DNA of 64,000 nucleotides, taken from assembly GCA_937920115.1 (NCBI GenBank), contig CALGVF010000082.1:9733-73732 (forward strand), read 5' to 3'. The position numbers and the translations under genes were made by a program. Positions 42,420 through 49,383 of the stretch are shown in pieces; the stretch's first letter is position 1, and every line of letters begins with the position of its first letter. This DNA is from an uncultured Clostridia bacterium (GTDB taxonomy: Bacteria; Bacillota; Clostridia; Christensenellales; Borkfalkiaceae). The notes beneath the pieces are model-generated. The model was given only the letters and a program-made list of their open reading frames with translations, searched no databases and was not told the origin of the DNA.

Positions 42420-43040
42420 GGAAATGGATTTTCGCATACATTATTCCGTTTCCCATTCCCCCTTACTCGCGCCGTCGCGTTCTTGATTTACTGATTGCAA
42501 GTTTTTTGCCCTTTGCTTAAATTTTTCTTGCGATACATTCGTTTATAACAGTAATTCTCCATTATTTAAAACCTTTCTGACGCGGCGGCGTGACGATATG
42601 CTGTATATGCTCGGAACAACGGGCGATACGGCACCGGCAGGCAGTTAAAGGGTTCTGCCTTTATTCGAGTTCAAAATTGCGTAGGGGAACTCGGAAAACA
42701 AAACCCTTTTTACGGAAGATTACTCAATCGGCAAAGAGAGGTCCTAAATGGGCGAATAGGGTCGGCACCTATATCTTCCGCCAAAGGTGTGTAGTTCCAC
42801 CTGATGTTACTCGGCTAAAATCGGGTACGGTACGGCTTTGGCTGTTCGTCTTGCTCCGTTAAGGCAGACAGAACGGGTTTTGAAAAGTTTTCCTCGGCAG
42901 AGCAGAGCGTAATGCCGACTTGCGGCGCGCAATAAAACAGAAATGCAAGTTGTCATTGGTTGGCTATTGTTGGTGTGGAGTAATTTCCCACACAAACGAT
43001 CGTGAATCCTCGGTTAAGGGTTGCAACCGAAAAACTTTTA
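42420..43040 (+). ncRNA. Large structured non-coding RNA candidate (ROOL/GOLLD-like context); ends approximate
   Basis: No credible ORF. GC-richer than the flanks, with at least 8 hand-pairable helices. Has its own promoter and a tRNA directly downstream. Confidence 0.5.
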
Positions 43041-43044
43041 TCAT

Positions 43045-43121
43045 CGCGGAATAGAGAAACCCGGAATCTCGCATGGCTCATAACCATGAAATTGCTGGTT
43101 CAAATCCGGCTTCCGCAACCA
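43045..43121 (+). tRNA. tRNA-Met (anticodon CAT) with initiator-like features; encoded CCA
   Basis: Full cloverleaf. Acceptor CGCGGAA/TTCCGCA (C1xA72 mismatch). D arm GAGA-AACCCGGAA-TCTC (A11:U24). Anticodon arm CATGG-CTCATAA-CCATG. T arm GCTGG-TTCAAAT-CCGGC. ACCA end. Confidence 0.85.
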
Positions 43122-43171
43122 TTCACAGTATCTTTGGCATAAACAAATTTTGACTCCGACATCAGGCAGGA

Positions 43172-43197
43172 AATCTCGTTGTGAAACGGGATTTTTT
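43172..43197 (+). terminator. Rho-independent terminator after the tRNA
   Basis: ATCTCGTT (43172-79) / AACGGGAT (43184-91) followed by TTTTTT. Confidence 0.65.
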
Positions 43198-43226
43198 GCT
43201 TTTGTGAAAAATTTTCCTAAAAACGC

Positions 43227-43255
43227 TTGCAAAACTGATAATTTTGTTGTATTAT
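43227..43255 (+). promoter_or_regulatory. Promoter
   Basis: TTGCAA (43227-32), 17-nt spacer, TATTAT (43250-55). Confidence 0.5.
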
Positions 43256-43290
43256 GATAATGAATAAAAATATTTTCAGGCGGTGTGGAT

Positions 43291-44112
43291 ATGGCAGACA
43301 CGAAAAAGCCAAACGTTGGCGAGGCTATATTAGGAAAAAACAAACAAGCGATCGGATCGTATCAGGAAGCCCCGGGCGGCGGAACGCCTTTGAAAGCGGG
43401 CGAGAAAGCACCGTCGAAAGAATGGGTTGCGGCGAATCGCAAAATGCAACCTCGAGATGACGATGGAAAGTTTACGTATAACGCGGCGAACGCGAAGCCT
43501 TTGGAATACGGACCGTCGAGAGGAAAGACAGTGCCGCCTTTTTTGCGTGGCGTTAAACTGACATATGTTGAAAAATCCGACGTAATTATGATCGAAGAGG
43601 GCAAAAGAGTCCTTGCGGGTATCGATATGAGCGTTGAGGAATTAATAAACAATTACAGGAATTATTCCGAACAGGAAGGCGGGTTCAAAAATCTTACGGG
43701 AGAAACAAAAGGCAAAACCGGTGCATACTCACAGAAAGAAAAAGCCGCAAAAGAAATAGGTTATGAGGGTCTGTTAAAGGCTCTTACGATTCAGGATATT
43801 ACCGAGGGATTTAAAGAGAATAAACAAGCCGGCAAATTGATCGGGGAATTTAAATATGTTAAAAAGGATGAAAATAAGCCCGAATCTAAGCAAGAAGTTG
43901 CGCCCGAAGCCCCGAAATCCGGCGTTACGAGCGAAGAAAAAGAACTCGCAAGTACAGATCCTGTTAAACTTTTTGCTACGAGCGATAACGCAAAGGCATT
44001 AAGACAGAAAGCCGAAGAAAAGGGCTTGAAATTATCTGGTAAAGCGGTAGCGAAAGCGATTGCCGATGGATATACGTGGGACGATTTGAATAAAGTTGTT
44101 GACGAGGCGTAA
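43291..44112 (+). CDS. Head-module protein, candidate internal/ejected protein
   Basis: 273 aa from the ATG at 43291. Lys/Glu-rich. DDDGKFTYN resembles the N-terminal HDKEGKFT motif of the next protein. Confidence 0.5.
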   Translation: MADTKKPNVGEAILGKNKQAIGSYQEAPGGGTPLKAGEKAPSKEWVAANRKMQPRDDDGKFTYNAANAKPLEYGPSRGKTVPPFLRGVKLTYVEKSDVIMIEEGKRVLAGIDMSVEELINNYRNYSEQEGGFKNLTGETKGKTGAYSQKEKAAKEIGYEGLLKALTIQDITEGFKENKQAGKLIGEFKYVKKDENKPESKQEVAPEAPKSGVTSEEKELASTDPVKLFATSDNAKALRQKAEEKGLKLSGKAVAKAIADGYTWDDLNKVVDEA

Positions 44113-44114
44113 TT

Positions 44115-45563
44115 ATGGTTACGAAATCAGACAACACAAAAGGTAATCCTTATCACGATAAAGAGGGGAAGTTTACAAAAAAAGAGGGTGCTTCTGCGGG
44201 TGGTGCGTCTATTGAATCTGAAAGCAGTGTTTCTACAAAGAAACTATCGTTGTCCGATATAGTAATTACACCGCAGGAAGTCGGGAAATTAAATCTTTTT
44301 TCTTCTGAAGATGACGATGCTGATTTTTGGGATAAGGTAGATACATATTCCGAAACAAAAACTGATTCTGCGAAAGAGGATTTGAAAACGTCTGAGAAAA
44401 CAGAACAGACAACGATGTCTGCAAATCCCGATGTTGTAACGGTTATTAATGGTCTTGATTCTAAGACTGTTTATGATACTGTATTAAAAGATTCGACATT
44501 GGATCCCGATAAAATTAAGAATGCATCGGAATCCGAATTAAAAGAACTTTTGCAAGCGCAGTCGGTTCTTGCCGAAAAGAAAAACGATAAAACGCTTGAA
44601 GAAGCAAATAATAAATACTTTTATAATTTATGGCAATATCCTGTAAAGCCGTCAGATTATCTGGATAAAAAGGATAAAATTCAGGCTAAAAAGGATTATT
44701 TCCTTTTCGATTATAAAGGTTCTGATAAACAAGAAAAACTTGCCTATCTTGATTCTTTTGTGGAATCGGGAGAAAAATACGCAAAAGCAAAAGAGATATA
44801 CGATTCCAAATATAAATCTGCGATTGAGATTGTAGATAAATTTGGGAACGGAATATACAGTTTTGAGCGTAAAGAGTCTGCAATATATATTGGTGCAAAG
44901 AATTATCCTGTCTTTAACGAGATAGCCGAAAGTAAGAAGATTTTCGGACCAAATTCCGAAACGGTGATAACAGCGTTAAAAAATTCAAATCCTACTGCAT
45001 TAAACGCGGTGATTGGATATACGGGTAGTTATTCAAGCATCAACGAGCCTTTAAGAGGTGTAACTTATTTCGGCAATAAAACAAGCAGAGAAGAGTTTAT
45101 TAAAAACGTTGAGGGAATGACTGAAGCCATAGAATTATCCACATACGATTTTGATTATTGGGTTCAGCGCGGGACGCATAGCGTAGTTGACGAAGAGAAC
45201 GGAGTGGATATAAACTCGAGCATGACGAGTGCCGAATTAAATGGCTTAGTCGGGAAAGAATTCGTACAGCGTTCGTTTTTCTCTGCGGGGGCGGCTAAAA
45301 ACACCGGGATGCCGACTCGTCCGATAATACTGAATGTTTATTGTCCGAAAGGCACAAAGGGTTTGTATGTAGAATCAATTTCGCAGTTTGCGGGCGAAAA
45401 TGAAATGATTCTCCAAAGGGGATATACGTACAAGATAACAAAAGCAGAAAAGGGTTCAAACGGAAGAATCTTCGTAGATTGCGAAGTTGTATTAGGCTCT
45501 GATAAAGATAAATATACTCACGAGCAACTTGTGGATATAGCAAATAAATACATAAAGGAGTAA
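44115..45563 (+). CDS. Protein with C-terminal ADP-ribosyltransferase (R-S-E, exoenzyme-type) domain
   Basis: N-terminal GNPYHDKEGKFT motif. ART motifs: YTGSYSSINEPLRG (Arg), FFSAG (Ser region), GENEMILQRG (ExE). Confidence 0.7.
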   Translation: MVTKSDNTKGNPYHDKEGKFTKKEGASAGGASIESESSVSTKKLSLSDIVITPQEVGKLNLFSSEDDDADFWDKVDTYSETKTDSAKEDLKTSEKTEQTTMSANPDVVTVINGLDSKTVYDTVLKDSTLDPDKIKNASESELKELLQAQSVLAEKKNDKTLEEANNKYFYNLWQYPVKPSDYLDKKDKIQAKKDYFLFDYKGSDKQEKLAYLDSFVESGEKYAKAKEIYDSKYKSAIEIVDKFGNGIYSFERKESAIYIGAKNYPVFNEIAESKKIFGPNSETVITALKNSNPTALNAVIGYTGSYSSINEPLRGVTYFGNKTSREEFIKNVEGMTEAIELSTYDFDYWVQRGTHSVVDEENGVDINSSMTSAELNGLVGKEFVQRSFFSAGAAKNTGMPTRPIILNVYCPKGTKGLYVESISQFAGENEMILQRGYTYKITKAEKGSNGRIFVDCEVVLGSDKDKYTHEQLVDIANKYIKE

Positions 45564-45571
45564 AAGGGAGA

Positions 45572-45769
45572 ATGAATAAAGACAAAGATATTATGCGCGT
45601 AGGCTTTACAAGCAAAGACCTTGTTTGTAAGAAATGCAGGTATGGAGCAATTACCGATCCTGAGAATTCGTTTTGCGCGTTTTATGATGTGAAACCGTAT
45701 GAAATTCGTTGTCAAGGTAAAGATTGTCCGCATTTTGAATCGTTTGAAAAATATGCAAAACAAAAATAA
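45572..45769 (+). CDS. Small zinc-ribbon protein
   Basis: 65 aa with CKKCRYG...CQGKDCPHF. Confidence 0.5.
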   Translation: MNKDKDIMRVGFTSKDLVCKKCRYGAITDPENSFCAFYDVKPYEIRCQGKDCPHFESFEKYAKQK

Positions 45770-45794
45770 ATAAACACAAAGGGGAATGTAAAAT

Positions 45795-46565
45795 ATGTTA
45801 GGTGCGGTAATAGGTGACGTTGTTGGCTCGCGTTATGAGTTTAATAACATTAAAACTAAAGATTTTGAATTGTTTGGAAAGGGCTGTTATGCAACGGACG
45901 ATACGGTTATGACCTGCGCCGTTGCGGAAGTGCTGATAAATAAAAAACAAAACGACAAAGATTATATCGTCGATACTTTTAAAAAGTGGGGCAGGAGATA
46001 TCCCCACGCGGGATATGGCGGTCGCTTTGGATGTTGGGTATTAGGTAATGAGCGCGAGCCGTATAACAGTTACGGAAACGGCGCGGCTATGCGAGTTTCG
46101 GCGGTTGGTTGGATTGCTAAATCCGAAAAAGAAGTGAAAGATTTATCGCGGGAAGTTACGGAAGTTACTCATAATCATCCCGAGGGAATAAAGGGTGCTG
46201 AAGTTGTCGCAATGTGTATTTATTACGCAAAGCAAGGCAAAGATAAAGCGTTTATAAGGGCATATGTTGAGAAATGTTATAATCTTGATTTTAATTATGA
46301 GGAATTGAGAAAAACATATACTCACGCAGAGGAGATTTGCCAAAACACCGTTCCGCAAGCGATTTTTTGTTTTTTGATATCGGATAGTTTTGAAGATTGT
46401 TTAAGGACTACTATTTCAATCGGTGGTGATTGTGATACTACAGCCGCCATCAGTTGTGCGATTGCCGAAGCCTATTATGGTAGTTGCGGATGTTGTGAAA
46501 AAGAAGTTCTTAATTATTTGACTCCCGATATGAAGAATATATTAAAAAAAGTAAAAACGAGGTAA
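45795..46565 (+). CDS. ADP-ribosylglycohydrolase (ARH/DraG family)
   Basis: GAVIGDVVGSRYEF, TDDTVMT, YGNGAAMRVSAVG, THNHPEGIKGA and GGDCDTTAAISCAIAEAYYG match the family signature. Confidence 0.85.
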   Translation: MLGAVIGDVVGSRYEFNNIKTKDFELFGKGCYATDDTVMTCAVAEVLINKKQNDKDYIVDTFKKWGRRYPHAGYGGRFGCWVLGNEREPYNSYGNGAAMRVSAVGWIAKSEKEVKDLSREVTEVTHNHPEGIKGAEVVAMCIYYAKQGKDKAFIRAYVEKCYNLDFNYEELRKTYTHAEEICQNTVPQAIFCFLISDSFEDCLRTTISIGGDCDTTAAISCAIAEAYYGSCGCCEKEVLNYLTPDMKNILKKVKTR

Positions 46566-46567
46566 TT

Positions 46568-46711
46568 ATGGATAGCGGAAATAACATAGAATTAACCACA
46601 AAACAAATCACGGGCAAGAAGAAAATTGATAAAGTTTTCAAGAAAAAGCCTGTCGTAAAAGAATTAAGTCAGTCCGAAATCAATAAAATGTTTGGAATTA
46701 AGGAGAAATAA
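46568..46711 (+). CDS. Small basic protein (47 aa) ending in KMFGIKEK, tentative
   Basis: ATG 2 nt after the upstream stop. Below the track cutoff. Confidence 0.4.
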   Translation: MDSGNNIELTTKQITGKKKIDKVFKKKPVVKELSQSEINKMFGIKEK

Positions 46712-46715
46712 AAAT

Positions 46716-47039
46716 ATGAAAAAGCAGGAAATGTTGGACTATATCGATAAACTTATCGAGGACGAAATCGAAGCGATTGACGGGTATCATAAAGGCATTG
46801 AAAAAATGCAGGATTCTCCGCGTATAGTCGACTTGTTCGGCAGAATTTATAACGACGAAACAAGACATTTAACTGATTTGCAGGATCTTAAGAAAGCCGT
46901 TGAACAGCATGAAGAAGTTATGCAGTCTATCGAAATGCAGAGAATGTTCGGACTCAAAGATTGCGGACCTGTCTGCGTGTATGGACCGCAGGGCGATGGA
47001 ATAGTTATTACCGACGAAGATAAAGAAAAGAAGGAATAA
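46716..47039 (+). CDS. Encapsulated-ferritin-like (EncFtn-type half-ferritin) protein
   Basis: 107 aa from the ATG at 46716 (RBS aaggag). EIEAIDGY (Glu, then Tyr at +7) and DETRH (ExxH) have spacing within 1 residue of the EncFtn ferroxidase ligands. Confidence 0.6.
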   Translation: MKKQEMLDYIDKLIEDEIEAIDGYHKGIEKMQDSPRIVDLFGRIYNDETRHLTDLQDLKKAVEQHEEVMQSIEMQRMFGLKDCGPVCVYGPQGDGIVITDEDKEKKE

Positions 47040-47042
47040 GAT

Positions 47043-47903
47043 ATGGCGTTTATCAATAACAAGAAATTTGCAGAGATACGTAACGCGGCAAAAAACGGCG
47101 ATGAAAAGGCATTGAAAGTATTACAGGCAATGCGTAAAATGCAACCGCAAGCCGATATCGACAGACTTGTCGAAGATTATTATGCTATACCTGCTCCCGC
47201 CGTTGAAGAGACTCCCGAAACGCCCGCTGTAACCGATGATTTGAGTCTTGACGATGTAAGTGTTGTCAATTCGGTGATTTCGTCCGATATAGCCGATTCT
47301 GACGGCGACGTTACGACTATTACGTATAATCTCGACGATATCACAAAAGATATGGACGGGCTTATCGACGAGGATGAAATCGAGGATATGTCGTTTTCGG
47401 ATTTCCTTGCTGATAAGAAAAAGAATATGACGCGGGCGAGAAAGAACGCGGATTATTTCAAAATGTATGATAACGACAGCAGAAGTAAGTACGCGACGGA
47501 CGCGGTTGCAAAATACAAAGCGAAATTCGGCAACCTTGAGCGTGATATCGACAGACGCAACAAAGACACGATGACCGCTTTGGGAATGTATGAGCAGAGT
47601 GTGGGTGACGAACTCGACGATGAGGTCGAACTCAGCGCGGACAATGCGGATAAAGCGTATTCGGATCTGATAGACAATTCGGGCGCGATGCACTCGTTTG
47701 GCAGGTATTGGGACGAAGAGGATAAAGCAAACGTTATTACGGAACTTAAGACTCTTATTAGTAAATACGGAAAAAAGAACGTACTTGCGGCGATAAATAC
47801 TTTGAAAAGCGACAACGAGAATTACAAGAGTTATATGCACAACAAGATAGACACCGAGGTTGGGAAATACTCTAAAAATCTCGAAAATTTGCTTGGCAAG
47901 TAA
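47043..47903 (+). CDS. Acidic head-module protein, function unknown
   Basis: 286 aa with RBS aaggaa. Asp-rich. Confidence 0.55.
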   Translation: MAFINNKKFAEIRNAAKNGDEKALKVLQAMRKMQPQADIDRLVEDYYAIPAPAVEETPETPAVTDDLSLDDVSVVNSVISSDIADSDGDVTTITYNLDDITKDMDGLIDEDEIEDMSFSDFLADKKKNMTRARKNADYFKMYDNDSRSKYATDAVAKYKAKFGNLERDIDRRNKDTMTALGMYEQSVGDELDDEVELSADNADKAYSDLIDNSGAMHSFGRYWDEEDKANVITELKTLISKYGKKNVLAAINTLKSDNENYKSYMHNKIDTEVGKYSKNLENLLGK

Positions 47904-47911
47904 TTTTTTTG

Positions 47912-47940
47912 AAAGGCAAGGGAAAACTTTGCCTTTTTTT
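47912..47940 (+). terminator. Rho-independent terminator
   Basis: AAAGGCAA (47912-19) / TTGCCTTT (47929-36) followed by a T-run. Confidence 0.7.
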
Positions 47941-47941
47941 A

Positions 47942-47969
47942 TTGATTTTTTTTGAAAATATGATATAAT
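47942..47969 (+). promoter_or_regulatory. Promoter with extended -10
   Basis: TTGATT (47942-47), 16-nt spacer, TGaTATAAT (47961-69). Confidence 0.55.
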
Positions 47970-47986
47970 GAAATTAAAGGTGTATT

Positions 47987-48343
47987 ATGATACAAAAATT
48001 ATTGATAGAAGTGGATGCGCCGATGCCGCTTCAGAGTTACGGAGAGGGACACGTTATTATGTATAATGCGCAAAGAGGAAGATATTATGTAACCACACGC
48101 GAGAACTTCCTTGCGGTTCAGAATGCAAAAATATCCGAACTTGAAAAAACGATTCTCGACACCGAGGAGCGTATAAAGATAACTCAGACCGAAATAAGTA
48201 AAACCGTAGGGGATTTAATACAGTCTTTTGCGGATTTTCAGACCAAATCGAGGGAAGAACAGGCTAAGTTTTATGAAACTTACAAAGAAACGAACGCTAA
48301 AATTCTTGACCTTGTAAAAAAATCTTGCGTTTCAGGAGATTAA
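47987..48343 (+). CDS. Hypothetical coiled-coil protein
   Basis: 118 aa with RBS aaaggtg. Confidence 0.5.
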   Translation: MIQKLLIEVDAPMPLQSYGEGHVIMYNAQRGRYYVTTRENFLAVQNAKISELEKTILDTEERIKITQTEISKTVGDLIQSFADFQTKSREEQAKFYETYKETNAKILDLVKKSCVSGD

Positions 48344-48346
48344 TTT

Positions 48347-49369
48347 ATGAAAAAACGTAGTTTGTTTTTTGCTTCAATGGCAATGTTATTCGCTTTAGTC
48401 GGGAACTGCATATTCTTAACCGGTTCTCCGAGAGTTGCTCACGCTGAGGATAACGTTCCGCCGGCAGAAGAAAGCATAATCGAATCCGAATCCGAATCTG
48501 AGTCTGCGGGCGAACCGGAAAGCATTTCGGAGAGCGAGGGCGAAGTTGTAGAACTTCCCTGCAAAGTAATAGTCACTGCCGCTCAGTACGGAGATATTAT
48601 GATCGATAAAGAATCGGGCAACGTCGGCGATATCGTAACCGTTTATGCGAAACCGTATTCGTTATTTAAATTAAAGAGTATAACCGTGAACGGCACCGCG
48701 CTCGTTGCGAATGCCGATGGAATTTATACGTTTGCAATGATAGAGGGCGAAAATAAAGTATCTGCCGAATTCGAGATAAGTCAATCCGAAGTTTCGTATA
48801 TTTTGGGGCTTATCGAGGACGCTAAGAACGGCAATTTTGAAGATATATTCTCGTTAAAAAATTTATTAACGCTTATAAGTTGGCTGATTTCGTTGTTTAT
48901 GGGTAGCGGGTTCTGCATTACGTTGCTGAAATCCAAAAAGATAAAAGCTCAAACAACGGAAGAAATTTCTGCGGCTGTCGACGCGGCTACCAAGAGCGAA
49001 GTTGCGAAAGGTATATCCGCGTTCTTGAGCGAGAAGTTCGGACCGTCGTTTGACGCGCTCAGTACGAGTATAAACGACATTTCCGAAACGTGTCAGTCAA
49101 TGGCTCGTTGTATGGTTTTAGGGCAGGAAAACACACCTGAAGCCCGTCTTGCTATTATACAGGAACTTTCGTCCAAATCTAAAAAAGCAGAGAGTTTGGC
49201 AGAGGAAGTAAAGAAGATTGTCCACGCAGAGATGGCTGACGCAGAAAAAGCGAAACAGGATAAACTTGATTTAATTGAAGAACTCGAAGCAAAGAATCAG
49301 GCAATCGGAACGGACACCTCGGCAGAAGTCAAAACGGACGATAAACCCGATTTAGAAGGAAGATATTGA
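48347..49369 (+). CDS. Secreted/membrane protein with signal peptide, SE-rich linker and internal TM
   Basis: 340 aa. N-terminal signal (FFASMAMLFALVGNCIFL...AHA) and TM LLTLISWLISLFMGSGFCITLL. Confidence 0.55.
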   Translation: MKKRSLFFASMAMLFALVGNCIFLTGSPRVAHAEDNVPPAEESIIESESESESAGEPESISESEGEVVELPCKVIVTAAQYGDIMIDKESGNVGDIVTVYAKPYSLFKLKSITVNGTALVANADGIYTFAMIEGENKVSAEFEISQSEVSYILGLIEDAKNGNFEDIFSLKNLLTLISWLISLFMGSGFCITLLKSKKIKAQTTEEISAAVDAATKSEVAKGISAFLSEKFGPSFDALSTSINDISETCQSMARCMVLGQENTPEARLAIIQELSSKSKKAESLAEEVKKIVHAEMADAEKAKQDKLDLIEELEAKNQAIGTDTSAEVKTDDKPDLEGRY

Positions 49370-49383
49370 GAGGGTAAAATAGT

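Noticed and set aside
42590-43343. ORFs 42590-42862 (+, 90 aa), 42807-42995 (-) and 43041-43343 (-) in the gap after the capsid gene
   Set aside because: They use GTG or odd starts, have no RBS and have Arg/Cys-rich nonsense-like composition. One runs antisense straight through a perfect tRNA. The region is better explained as structured RNA plus a tRNA.
47121-47840. 239-aa and 120-aa minus-strand ORFs opposite the acidic 286-aa gene; similarly 60542-61393 (-), 41574-42086 (-), 59348-59863 (-) and 3543-4076 (-)
   Set aside because: These are antisense shadows inside well-supported plus-strand genes. They have no expression signals and an implausible composition.
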